Positions 1 to 9,023 of a DNA stretch of 19,890 bases are shown piece after piece. This DNA comes from Polyangiaceae bacterium (GTDB lineage: Bacteria > Myxococcota_A > Polyangia > Polyangiales > Polyangiaceae), in NCBI GenBank assembly GCA_044222475.1, contig JBGANF010000140.1, forward strand, positions 1-19,890. The letters run 5' to 3'. The notes under the pieces were generated by a model that searched no databases, was not told where the DNA came from, and saw only the letters and a list, made by a program, of their open reading frames with translations. Made by a program: the position numbers and the translations under genes. Position 1 is the first letter of the stretch. Every line of letters begins with the position of its first letter.

Positions 1-1
1 C

Positions 2-640
2 GCGTACGACATCGCCTCGCGAGAAGCGCAGCGGAACGACGACATCTATCGTCGTATCGCCGAGCTCGAGGGCGTCGCTCCCGACGCGGGTCCCAAGGCG
101 ATCGCCAGCGGGCGCGTCGAGCGCGACCTGAAGGAGCTCGCGCGACGAGGCGAGCGCTTCGGTCTCGTCATCTCGCGCGCCGTGCTCGAGCACGTCTCCG
201 ATCTCGAAGCACTCTTCGAAGGCCTCGCCGACGTCGTTACGCCCGACGCCGTTCTCCTTCACAAGGTCGACCTGCGATCGCACGGGATGGAGCGGGACAG
301 CGAGCTCGACTTCCTCTTGTTTCCGCCGGCGGTGTACCGGCGCATGTCGTCCCACCTCGATCTCCCGAACCGCGTCCGCGCCGGCGCGTACCTCGAGCTC
401 GCCGAGCGCCACGGCATGGTGACGCTTCATGCGGCGGCAACGCACCTGGCGCGCGACGCGAGCCTCGAACGAGTCCGGGGCGAGCTCGGGGCACCGTTCT
501 CGACGCTGTCGGACGCCGAGCTCCGCATCCTCGGGCTGTGGCTCGTCCAGGGCGGACCAGAGCGCCGCGCGGTCGTCCCTCCGCCGCGACGCGCCGAGGA
601 CGTCCCGCCCGTCCCCGGCGAGGGGTTCTCGCGCTACTGA
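2..640 (+). CDS. Class I SAM-dependent methyltransferase, 5'-truncated by the window edge; paralog of 2262..3269
   Basis: The frame is open from base 2 (AYDIASREAQRNDDIYRR...FGLVISRAVLEHVSDL...HKVDLRSHG...ELDFLLFP...PNR) to TGA at 638-640. It shares the LVISRAVLEHV and HKVDLRxHG motifs with the MTase at 2262..3269, which has motif I (VLELGPG). Confidence 0.85.
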   Translation, partial: AYDIASREAQRNDDIYRRIAELEGVAPDAGPKAIASGRVERDLKELARRGERFGLVISRAVLEHVSDLEALFEGLADVVTPDAVLLHKVDLRSHGMERDSELDFLLFPPAVYRRMSSHLDLPNRVRAGAYLELAERHGMVTLHAAATHLARDASLERVRGELGAPFSTLSDAELRILGLWLVQGGPERRAVVPPPRRAEDVPPVPGEGFSRY

Positions 641-2259
641 CGGCGGAAGAGCCACGCTTCGGCCCCGGTCGACCCGTGGACCCGGCGACACTGGAGCGGC
701 CACGGAAGCGTGCATGATGCACGCACCTCCCAGCCGTAGCGGCCCGTCCCCGCGACGAGCCCCTGGAAGAACGCCGTGCCGTCGGCGTCGGCCAGCAGCT
801 TCTTCTGTTGGCCGCTGAGCGGCCCCTCGCGAGGGAGGTACCCCGAAGCGAACGTCTCGCTCACGACGACGTACTCGGGTGCCTCGTCGTCCACCGAGGA
901 GTACGGCGCGACGACCTCGCGCACGCCTGGAAGGGTGCTTCGCTGGTCGAGCGGCTCCGTCCCGACGCGGACGAGGTCGAGCGACGGCGGCAGACGGGGG
1001 AGATACTGGTTGCCCCCGAGCACCGCGACCTTCGTCCCCGGTGACAGCGTGGCGAGCCGAGCTTCGACCTGCAGCTTCGGATCGACGAGGAGCGTCGCGT
1101 CGATCGAGGCGACGTCCACGACCTGCGGCGCGAGCAGCAGCGCCGCGATGGCGAGCGCGGCGCGCGAGCTTCGACGCGCGAGCGCCTCGAGCACGAACCC
1201 CGCATACGGGACGACGAACAGCGAGAGCGGCATCAAGTGACGCTCCATCACCCACCGCGAAGGGACGACGAACAGGACGAGATAGCTCACGGCCGCGAGC
1301 GCCGGCGCGATCCGGCGCATCCGCTCGGTTCGGTCACGCCGATCGGCGCCAGTGACCGCGAGCGCGACGCCTGCGAGCGCGATCACCGCGACGACGCGGG
1401 ACGTGAAGAGCGGCACCGCGCGGCCGATGTCGGCGAGCTGCGCGAGCACGCCGGAGACGCTGCGCTCGTAGACGACCCAGTCGGCGTTGCCGCCGCCGGT
1501 CATGAACGCGAGCTTCTTCCGGAAGCCCGTTGGGTTGGTGACCATGCCGGAGCCGAGCGCGTAGACGGCGATCGCGAGGCCTGCCGCGCGGAGGATCTCC
1601 TTTCGGAGCACGGGCCGGCGAGCGAAGAGCAAGAGCGCGATCGGGCCGGCGAGCAACATCGCCGACTGGTCCTTCGTCAACAGCGCGCACGCGACGAAAA
1701 TCGCGGCGCGGCGCTCGCGGGACTCACCGGCAGCGACGCGGTCGAGCTCGACGAGCGCGAGCGTCGTCCAGAAGAGGTACGGCACGTCGACGCTCGCGAC
1801 GTGTGCAAAATACACGAAGATCGCGTTGAGCGCCGTCGCGGCGGCGGCGAAGAGGCCGACCCGTTCTCCGCCGAGCCTCGCGAAGAGCCGCCGCAGGTTC
1901 GCGATCACGCCCAGCGCCATCGCGAACGACACGAGCCGACCCAGGATCGCGGCGATCGTCATGTAGCCGGGGTGGATGAGCTCCGCCTCGATGGCCGCGC
2001 GATCGAAGCCGGCGCGCGCGACCCCGACGAGGATCAACGGAGACTGCAGCACGGTGAGCCCCAGCACGTGGAGCGGCGGATACCGAAAGAAATGACCCGG
2101 GGTCCACGTCTCGAAGACCGCGCCGAGCATCGAGGCGCGCGGCGAGACTTCGTCGTTGGACCACGAGTCGGTGCAGGGCACGTCCCAGGTGGCGCCGACG
2201 GCGCACGCGAGCGCGAACCCGAGGGCGATCCACGTGAACGGATCCCGCGCGCGAGACAT
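634..2259 (-). CDS. Polytopic GT-C glycosyltransferase (ArnT/PMT_2, GT39/GT83-like), 541 aa
   Basis: This is the C-terminal part of the track's 893-aa ORF. The true start is taken as the ATG at 2259 (MSRARDPFTW), 2 nt after the upstream stop. It has a DE motif after TM1 (SWSNDEV), RYPPLH, LGRLVS, LLTKDQ, many hydrophobic helices and a soluble C-terminal domain. Confidence 0.85.
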   Translation of the reverse strand: MSRARDPFTWIALGFALACAVGATWDVPCTDSWSNDEVSPRASMLGAVFETWTPGHFFRYPPLHVLGLTVLQSPLILVGVARAGFDRAAIEAELIHPGYMTIAAILGRLVSFAMALGVIANLRRLFARLGGERVGLFAAAATALNAIFVYFAHVASVDVPYLFWTTLALVELDRVAAGESRERRAAIFVACALLTKDQSAMLLAGPIALLLFARRPVLRKEILRAAGLAIAVYALGSGMVTNPTGFRKKLAFMTGGGNADWVVYERSVSGVLAQLADIGRAVPLFTSRVVAVIALAGVALAVTGADRRDRTERMRRIAPALAAVSYLVLFVVPSRWVMERHLMPLSLFVVPYAGFVLEALARRSSRAALAIAALLLAPQVVDVASIDATLLVDPKLQVEARLATLSPGTKVAVLGGNQYLPRLPPSLDLVRVGTEPLDQRSTLPGVREVVAPYSSVDDEAPEYVVVSETFASGYLPREGPLSGQQKKLLADADGTAFFQGLVAGTGRYGWEVRASCTLPWPLQCRRVHGSTGAEAWLFRRQ

Positions 2260-2261
2260 CC

Positions 2262-3269
2262 TCAGTAGCTGCCGAGACGCGCGTGAGGTGCGGGCGGCAA
2301 CGGTGGCGCGACCGCGCCACGCGACGCGAGCGGGTGAGAGCCACGCACCTGCACGACCCAGAAGCCGAGCGTTCGCAGCGCGTCTTCGTCCATCGATCGA
2401 TAGGGCTCGGCGAGCGCGCCACGCACGCCCTCGACCTCGCGCGGCTCGATCACGTGCGTCGAGGCGGCGTAGATCGGCACGAAGCCGTAGCGCGCACCGA
2501 GCTCGAGGTACTCCGGGTAGCGCTTCCGGTTGGGCTCGCCGATGTGCGTCGTCAGCCCGCGCCAGAGGCGCTCTGGGAACATGAGGAAGTCGAGCTCGTG
2601 GTTCCACCGGAAGCCATGGCATCGGAGATCGACCTTGTGGATGAGCACCGCATCGTCCGAGAGGAGCAGGTCCAGCTCGCGGTGGAGGCGATCGAGATCG
2701 CGCACGTGCTCGAGGACGGCGCGCGAGATCACGAGATCGAACTTCTTGCCGCCGGCCGCCCGCCGGAGCGACGCGGCGTCGGCGTGAACCGCGACACCGT
2801 CCAGGAGCTGCGAGGCGCGGGTGAGCCCACCGTCGACGCCGAGCTCGTCGAGCATCGGTCCGTAGATCGCGTCCAGGTAGGCGTGGTCGCGCGATTGAAC
2901 GTCGAACGCATCCCAGCCCGCGAACGAGCTCGCGCCCCGCGCGCGGGCGGCGAGCGCGATCGTGCGGGTGTTGCCTGGGCCGAGCTCGAGGACGTTGCGT
3001 CCCTTCCAGAGCGATGCGCCCTCGCCCTTTGCATTGAGTCCGGCCTCTTCGGCGATGGTCTCGTAGTCGCCGAGCACCGAGCGGAAGTACTTCACCGCGG
3101 CGGCTCCGTCGCGACCGCGGCCGCGTCCGCTCACGTTGGTGAGCCGCATGAGCGCGTTCGCGGCGCTCGGCGCGTGCTTGAAAGCGAGGTTTCGCGAGAG
3201 GAGGTAGCCCGACACTCCCCCCATCCAAAGGAGCTTGGCAGGAGACGTGATGGGGAGCGCGGGAGGCAT
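2262..3269 (-). CDS. Class I SAM-dependent methyltransferase (glycan-cluster type)
   Basis: Motif I NVLELGPGN, FDLVISRAVLEHV and IHKVDLRCHG are present. An SD-like AAGGAG lies upstream of the ATG at 3269. Confidence 0.88.
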   Translation of the reverse strand: MPPALPITSPAKLLWMGGVSGYLLSRNLAFKHAPSAANALMRLTNVSGRGRGRDGAAAVKYFRSVLGDYETIAEEAGLNAKGEGASLWKGRNVLELGPGNTRTIALAARARGASSFAGWDAFDVQSRDHAYLDAIYGPMLDELGVDGGLTRASQLLDGVAVHADAASLRRAAGGKKFDLVISRAVLEHVRDLDRLHRELDLLLSDDAVLIHKVDLRCHGFRWNHELDFLMFPERLWRGLTTHIGEPNRKRYPEYLELGARYGFVPIYAASTHVIEPREVEGVRGALAEPYRSMDEDALRTLGFWVVQVRGSHPLASRGAVAPPLPPAPHARLGSY

Positions 3270-3337
3270 GATGAGCTGCGCTCTCCTTTACCTCGTTTTT
3301 GCGCGGCTCCTCCACCTGGAACTGCTATACCGCCCGC

Positions 3338-4804
3338 GTGCTGCGCGCCGTCCCCTCCCCTGCACACGCCCCCTCGTCGGCCGCGGCCGCCCCCGCGCTC
3401 GACCGACAGTGGGCCGACTATTTCGAGCGCCTGCTCGACCATCCGCTCCGCTTTGGCAGCCCGCGGCGTCTGCTCCAGGACGACCTGGTGGCGGCGCTGC
3501 GGTTGGCCGTGCCGAAGGCGGCGCGCGTGCTCGAGGTCGGCGTCGGTGGGGGCGCCGTTCTCTCCCAGCTCCCGAACGAGACTCGAGTCGGCATCGACGC
3601 CCTGCCGAGGGCGGTCGAGCGGGCCCGCGCCGCCGACGGGGCGATGCGGATCGACCTCGCCGATGCGCTCACGCTGGATCTCGACGAGAAGTTCGACGCG
3701 ATCATCTGCGATCGCCTCTGCCACACGGTGCCCGACGTGCAGCGCCTCCTCGAGCGTCTCGCGTCGCACCTCACCGACGACGGCCGGATCTTCCTCACGT
3801 GCTTCAACTTCCTCTGGTCGCTCCCGCTCGCGGCCGGTGAGCGCCTGGGGTTCAAGGAGCCGTCGCCCCAGGAAAACTGGTTCTCGGAGACCGCGCTCGA
3901 CGACCTGTTCCGCCTCGCCGACCTCGAGGTCGTGAAGACCGACGACCGTCTGTCGATGCCCGTCCCGGTCCCCCTGGTCTCACGCCTGATCAACCGCATC
4001 GCGCCGAAGGTGCAGCCGACCCGCACGTTCGCGCTGTACCGCATCTACACGCTGGCGAAGGCGCGCCCGCGACGGCCCGCACGCCCGAAGGTGACCGTCA
4101 TCGTCCCGGCCCGCAACGAGTCGGGGAACATCCTTGCCGCGGTGCAGCGCACGCCGGTCATGGGTGCGGGCACGGAGCTCATCTTCGTCGAAGGCAACTC
4201 GACCGACGACACGTGGGACACCATCCAGCGCGTGGTGAAGGAGTACCGCGGCCCTCTCGAGCTCCGATGCATGCAGCAGCCGGGCAAGGGCAAGGGCGAC
4301 GCGGTTCGTACCGGCTTCGCAGTGGCGACCGGTGACATCCTGATGATCCTCGACGCCGACCTCACGGTGCCGCCCGAGGATCTGCCGAAGTTCTACGACG
4401 CCATCGCGACCGGCAAGGCCGACTACGTGCACGGGACACGGCTCGTCTACCCCATGGAGGACGAGGCGATGCGCTTCCTCAACCGCATCGGCAACACCTT
4501 CTTCGCCGAGACGTTCAGCTTCCTGCTCGACCAGCCGATCAAGGACACGCTCTGCGGCACCAAGGTGCTGTGGAAGAAGGACTACGAGCGGATCGCCGAG
4601 AACCGGAGCTACTTCGGAGACTTCGATCCCTTCGGCGACTTCGACCTCATCTTCGGAGCGGCGAAGCTGAACCTGCGCATCCTCGAGGTGCCCATCCGCT
4701 ACAAGGCGCGCACCTACGGGGAGACGAACATCTCCCGCTTCCGGCACGGGCTCTTGCTGCTCCGCATGAGCGCCTTCGCCGCCAAAAAAATCAAGTTCGT
4801 CTAG
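3338..4804 (+). CDS. Bifunctional class I SAM methyltransferase / GT2 (DPM1-like polyprenyl-phosphate glycosyltransferase) fusion
   Basis: The N-terminal half has RVLEVGVGGG and FDAII. The C-terminal half has VTVIVPARNESGNI, FVEGNSTDDT, GKGDAVRTGF, ILDADLTVPP (DxD) and DTLCGTK. The start is placed at GTG 3338; the track uses TTG 3299. Confidence 0.9.
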   Translation: MLRAVPSPAHAPSSAAAAPALDRQWADYFERLLDHPLRFGSPRRLLQDDLVAALRLAVPKAARVLEVGVGGGAVLSQLPNETRVGIDALPRAVERARAADGAMRIDLADALTLDLDEKFDAIICDRLCHTVPDVQRLLERLASHLTDDGRIFLTCFNFLWSLPLAAGERLGFKEPSPQENWFSETALDDLFRLADLEVVKTDDRLSMPVPVPLVSRLINRIAPKVQPTRTFALYRIYTLAKARPRRPARPKVTVIVPARNESGNILAAVQRTPVMGAGTELIFVEGNSTDDTWDTIQRVVKEYRGPLELRCMQQPGKGKGDAVRTGFAVATGDILMILDADLTVPPEDLPKFYDAIATGKADYVHGTRLVYPMEDEAMRFLNRIGNTFFAETFSFLLDQPIKDTLCGTKVLWKKDYERIAENRSYFGDFDPFGDFDLIFGAAKLNLRILEVPIRYKARTYGETNISRFRHGLLLLRMSAFAAKKIKFV

Positions 4805-4824
4805 CGCAGCCCCGCAAACGCCGC

Positions 4825-4962
4825 CGTACTCGTACTCGTACTCGTACTCGTTCTCGTACCCACTCTCGTGCACTTGCTCGTGCACCTAGTCGTGTTCGTG
4901 GCGGCACTTGTTCCCGTCCTCGTCCCCGTTCTCGTGCTCGTCCACGTTCACGTTCACGTGCT
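4825..4962. repeat. Degenerate hexamer tandem array (consensus CGTnCn, 23 units) between convergent genes
   Basis: (CGTACT)x4 is followed by in-phase variants CGTTCT, CGTACC, CGTGCA, CGTCCT, CGTCCC, CGTGCT and CGTTCA, with the 6-nt register unbroken. Confidence 0.9.
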
Positions 4963-4989
4963 CGACGCCCCGAGGGCCGCGCGTCACGG

Positions 4990-5634
4990 TCACACCGCCG
5001 TGAGCCGCCACGTGTAATAGAGCGCCGGGCCGCGACCGGGGACACCGAGGTTCCGCCGTGCGCTCACCCGGAACCGCTCCGAGTCGAACGCCTTCGCGAC
5101 GTCACTCGGGGTCGTCACGTGATCGTCGTCGATGTTCTTGTGCCCGATGAGGTCGAACAGCTTCGACATCGTGCGGTTCACCGCCGGCATCCCGAGGAGG
5201 AACGTCCCCCCGGGACGCAGCACCCGCCGCACTTCCGCGAGCCCGCGACGGTACTCGTGCAGGTGCTCGAAGACCGAGAAGCTGACGACCAGATCGAACA
5301 TCCCATCTTGGTACGGCAGCTCGTACACGCTGCCCATCCGAAGGTCGCTCTCGATCCCGCGCGCAGCGAGCGTCGACTTCACCGGCACCGGGTCCGCGTC
5401 GAGGTCGATCCCATGCAGCTCGCGCACGTTCGGCGCGAGCGCGATGAGCACCGCGCCGGCGCCGTACCCCACCTCGAGGCCGCGCTCCCAGCGCCGCTCC
5501 CCGAGGAGCCGGAGGCCCATGTTGATCCGCTCGCGGAACAGAATTCCGACGAGGGGGCGCCTGTAGTATTGGATCGGGTCCGTTCGGCCGTTCTGGGGCA
5601 GCCCCTCGAGAGCGCCGCGGGAAAGCTCAGGCAT
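4990..5634 (-). CDS. Class I SAM-dependent methyltransferase (Methyltransf_11-like), 214 aa
   Basis: Motifs [34 protein letters not shown] and RVLRPGG are present. The start is placed at ATG 5634 (MPELSRG), preceded by a strong SD (AGGAGG). Confidence 0.92.
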   Translation of the reverse strand: MPELSRGALEGLPQNGRTDPIQYYRRPLVGILFRERINMGLRLLGERRWERGLEVGYGAGAVLIALAPNVRELHGIDLDADPVPVKSTLAARGIESDLRMGSVYELPYQDGMFDLVVSFSVFEHLHEYRRGLAEVRRVLRPGGTFLLGMPAVNRTMSKLFDLIGHKNIDDDHVTTPSDVAKAFDSERFRVSARRNLGVPGRGPALYYTWRLTAV

Positions 5635-6709
5635 GGTCTCCCCTCCTACCACAGCGCCCACGAAACGCGCCCTCATCGTCGGGATCACCGGCCAGGATGG
5701 CTCCTACCTCGCCGAGCTCCTCATCGGGAAGGGCTACGACGTCCACGGGATCGTCCGCCGATCGAGCACCTTCAACACCGGTCGGGTCGACCACCTCTAC
5801 CGCGACCCGCACGACCCGGCGGCCCAGCTCCGGCTGCACTTCGGGGACCTCTCCGACGGCACCGGTCTCCGGCGGATCCTCGCCCGCGTTCGCCCGACCG
5901 AGGTCTACAACCTCGGCGCCCAGAGCCACGTCCGGGTGTCGTTCGACCAGCCCGAGTACACCGCCGACGTCGTGGCCACCGGCACGCTCCGCCTGCTCGA
6001 GGCCGTGCACGACCACATGCACACCACCGGCGACAGCGTCCGCTTCTACCAAGCGGGCTCGAGCGAGATGTTCGGCAGCGCGCCCGCCCCCCAACGCGAG
6101 TCGACTCCGTTCCACCCGCGCAGCCCTTATGCCGCCAGCAAGGTCGCGGCTCACTGGTACGCGGTGAACTACCGCGAGAGCTACGGGATGTTCGTGGCCA
6201 ACGGCATCCTCTTCAACCACGAGTCTCCACGCCGCGGCGAGACGTTCGTGACCCGCAAGATCACGCGCGCCGGGGCCCGCATCAAGCTCGGGCTCCAGGA
6301 CAAGCTCTACCTCGGCAACCTGGAGGCCAAGCGCGACTGGGGCTACGCCCGAGACTACGTCGAGGCGATGTGGCTGATGCTCCAGCAGGAGCGCGGCGAC
6401 GATTTCGTCGTCGCCACCGGCGAGTCGCACTCGGTCCAAGAGTTCCTCGAGCTCGTCTTCGATCAGCTCGGCCTCGATTGGAAGAAGCACGTCGAGATCG
6501 ACAAGCGCTACTTCCGCCCCGCCGAGGTCGATCACCTCCTCGGCGACGCCAGCAAAGCCAAGGCGGCGCTCGGATGGACGCCCCGCGTCTCTTTCGCGGA
6601 CCTCGTGAAGATCATGGTCGATCACGATCTCGCGCGCGCCGAGCGAGACCGGACCCTACGCGACTCGAACCTCCCGGGCCGCACCGGCAAGGAACGCGAT
6701 GAGTGGTGA
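5633..6709 (+). CDS. gmd: GDP-mannose 4,6-dehydratase
   Basis: Signature motifs [67 protein letters not shown] and [11 protein letters not shown]. Confidence 0.98.
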   Translation: MVSPPTTAPTKRALIVGITGQDGSYLAELLIGKGYDVHGIVRRSSTFNTGRVDHLYRDPHDPAAQLRLHFGDLSDGTGLRRILARVRPTEVYNLGAQSHVRVSFDQPEYTADVVATGTLRLLEAVHDHMHTTGDSVRFYQAGSSEMFGSAPAPQRESTPFHPRSPYAASKVAAHWYAVNYRESYGMFVANGILFNHESPRRGETFVTRKITRAGARIKLGLQDKLYLGNLEAKRDWGYARDYVEAMWLMLQQERGDDFVVATGESHSVQEFLELVFDQLGLDWKKHVEIDKRYFRPAEVDHLLGDASKAKAALGWTPRVSFADLVKIMVDHDLARAERDRTLRDSNLPGRTGKERDEW

Positions 6710-7664
6710 GATCTTCGTCGCCGGACACCGCGGGCTGGTGGGCAGCGCGATCGTTCGTCGTCTCGAGCGCGGCGGCCTCGGGTCGAAGCTCTTGGTCCGC
6801 ACCAAGGCCGAGCTCGACCTCACCGACGGGCGGGCCGTTCGCGCGTTCTTCGAGGAGAAGCGACCGGCCCAAGTCTACCTCGCCGCCGCCAAGGTCGGCG
6901 GCATCCTCGCGAACGACACCTACCCCGTCGACTTCATCCGCGAGAACCTCCTCATCGAGACGAGCATCTTCGAGGCCGCGTACCAAACTGGGACGAAGAA
7001 GGTCCTCTTCCTCGGCTCCTCGTGCATCTACCCGCGCCTCTCGCCCCAGCCGATCAAGGAGGAGTACCTCCTCACCGGGCCGCTCGAGCCCACGAACTCG
7101 GCGTATGCGATCGCCAAGATCGCCGGCATCGAGCTCGCCCGCGCGTACCGGAAACAGCACGGTCTCTCGGCGATCTCCCTGATGCCGACGAACCTCTACG
7201 GCCCCGGCGACAACTTCGATCTCGCCGGGTCGCACGTGCTCCCGGCGCTCATCCGAAAGATGGTCGAGGCCAAGGCACGAGGTGACGCCGACGTCGTCGT
7301 CTGGGGCAGCGGCACGCCGCGGCGCGAGTTCCTCTACGCCGACGACCTCGCCGATGCGGCCGTGCACCTCATGGACCACTACGACGAGCCGGAGCTCGTC
7401 AACGTCGGCACCGGGGAAGACGTTTCGATCGCCGAGCTCGCCGCGCTGGTCCGAGAAATCGTGGGTTTCAGCGGCGAGATCCGGTTCGACCGCACCAAGC
7501 CCGACGGAGCGCCGCGCAAGCTCCTCGACGTCTCGAAGCTGTCCGCCCTGGGGTGGCGCGCCAAGACGCCCCTCCGCGAGGGCATCGAAGCGACCGTCCG
7601 CTGGTACCTCGCCTCGCTGCCTGCTAGATCCCCCCTCCAGATGAACGGAGGAACGGAGTCGTGA
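6699..7664 (+). CDS. fcl: GDP-L-fucose synthase (GDP-4-keto-6-deoxymannose epimerase/reductase)
   Basis: Motifs [55 protein letters not shown] and [11 protein letters not shown]. It overlaps the end of gmd. Confidence 0.97.
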   Translation: MSGEIFVAGHRGLVGSAIVRRLERGGLGSKLLVRTKAELDLTDGRAVRAFFEEKRPAQVYLAAAKVGGILANDTYPVDFIRENLLIETSIFEAAYQTGTKKVLFLGSSCIYPRLSPQPIKEEYLLTGPLEPTNSAYAIAKIAGIELARAYRKQHGLSAISLMPTNLYGPGDNFDLAGSHVLPALIRKMVEAKARGDADVVVWGSGTPRREFLYADDLADAAVHLMDHYDEPELVNVGTGEDVSIAELAALVREIVGFSGEIRFDRTKPDGAPRKLLDVSKLSALGWRAKTPLREGIEATVRWYLASLPARSPLQMNGGTES

Positions 7665-9013
7665 AGCTCGTCGCTTTCGGTGGGGGTTACGTGGGTCTGG
7701 TCACCGGGACCGGCCTCGCCGAGCTCGGACACGACGTCCTCATCGTCGACATCGACCCGGCCAAGATTCAGCGCCTCAACGACGGGGTGATCCCGATCTA
7801 CGAGCCGGGGCTCACCGACCTCGTGCGCCGCAACGAGCGCGCCGGCCGCCTCCGGTTCGCGACCGAGCTCCTGCCCGGCTACGACGAGGCGGACGTCTAT
7901 TTCATCTGCGTCGGCACGCCGCCGGACGCGTCCGGAGCCGCCGACGTGAGCGCGGTGATGACCGTCGCCGATGCGATCGCCAAGGTCGCCAAGGCGCCGG
8001 CTCTCGTCGCGGTGAAGAGCACGGTGCCCGTCGGCACGTGCGACGCCGTCCAGGAGCGGCTCGCCAGCGCGACCGTCCAGCTCGAGGTCGTCTCGAACCC
8101 GGAGTTCCTCAAGGAGGGCGACGCGGTCAACGACTTCTTCCGCCCCGACCGCGTGATCCTCGGCGCCAACAGCGAGTGGGCCCAGCGGCTCATCCGCGAG
8201 CTCTACGCGCCTCTCCAGCTCTCGGGCGAGCGCATCGTCATCACCGACCGTCGCTCGAGCGAGCTCATCAAGTACGCGTCGAACGCCATGCTCGCGATGC
8301 GCGTCTCGTTCATGAACGAGCTCTCGCGCCTCTGCCACGCGACCGGCGCGAACGTCCACGCCGTCCGGTTGGGCGTCGGGTCCGACTCGCGCATCGGCAA
8401 GCGGTTCCTCTACGCCGGTCCGGGCTACGGCGGCTCGTGCTTCCCGAAGGACGTCCAAGCGCTGACTCACCTCGGCAAGAAGCACGGCGTTCCGATGCGC
8501 ATCGCCGAGGCGACGCACCTCGCGAACGAGGAGCAAGGCGCCTTCATCGCCAAGCTCGTCCTCGACGCGGTCGGGCCCCTGAAGGGAAAGACCGTCGCTC
8601 TCTGGGGTCTCGCCTTCAAGCCCGAGACGGACGACGTGCGCGAGGCTCCGGCGATCCGGCTCGCCGAGCACCTCCTCCGCGAAGGCGCGGTCGTCGTCGG
8701 CCACGACCCCGAAGCGGCGCAGGGCTTCCTCAAGGCGATCGGCGGCCGCGTGAAGATCGTCGACCGCGACTACGACGCGACCGACGGCGCCGACGCGCTG
8801 GTCCTCCTCACCGAGTGGCGGTCCTACCGCGCCCCGAACTTCCGCGACATCAAGAAGCGGATGAAGGCGAACGCGGTCGTCGTCGATGCGCGAAACGTGT
8901 GGCGCCCCGCCGAGGTCCTCCGTGCCGGGCTTCGCTACGTCGGCGTCGGCGTGCCCACCCCGGACGTCGCTTCGCTCCCCGCTGCTTCTTCGCCGCGGCT
9001 GCCCCATGGCTGA
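7661..9013 (+). CDS. ugd: UDP-glucose 6-dehydrogenase
   Basis: Motifs GGGYVGL, ICVGTP, KSTVPVGT, SNPEFLKEG, ELIKYASN, GPGYGGSCFPKD (catalytic Cys) and GLAFKPETDDVREAP. It has a GTGA overlap with fcl. Confidence 0.95.
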   Translation: MKLVAFGGGYVGLVTGTGLAELGHDVLIVDIDPAKIQRLNDGVIPIYEPGLTDLVRRNERAGRLRFATELLPGYDEADVYFICVGTPPDASGAADVSAVMTVADAIAKVAKAPALVAVKSTVPVGTCDAVQERLASATVQLEVVSNPEFLKEGDAVNDFFRPDRVILGANSEWAQRLIRELYAPLQLSGERIVITDRRSSELIKYASNAMLAMRVSFMNELSRLCHATGANVHAVRLGVGSDSRIGKRFLYAGPGYGGSCFPKDVQALTHLGKKHGVPMRIAEATHLANEEQGAFIAKLVLDAVGPLKGKTVALWGLAFKPETDDVREAPAIRLAEHLLREGAVVVGHDPEAAQGFLKAIGGRVKIVDRDYDATDGADALVLLTEWRSYRAPNFRDIKKRMKANAVVVDARNVWRPAEVLRAGLRYVGVGVPTPDVASLPAASSPRLPHG

Positions 9014-9023
9014 GGCCTGACCG

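Noticed and set aside
2260..3315. N-terminal ~350 aa of the 893-aa ORF (apparent giant GT-C fusion)
   Set aside because: It is an Arg/Ala-rich alternative frame overlapping the real methyltransferase at 2262..3269. The membrane protein begins at ATG 2259.
4825..4962. Possible CRISPR array, or a His/Glu- or Arg-rich peptide gene
   Set aside because: The period is 6 nt with no repeat-spacer structure and no cas genes. The overlapping ORFs lack credible starts and extend into neighbouring genes.
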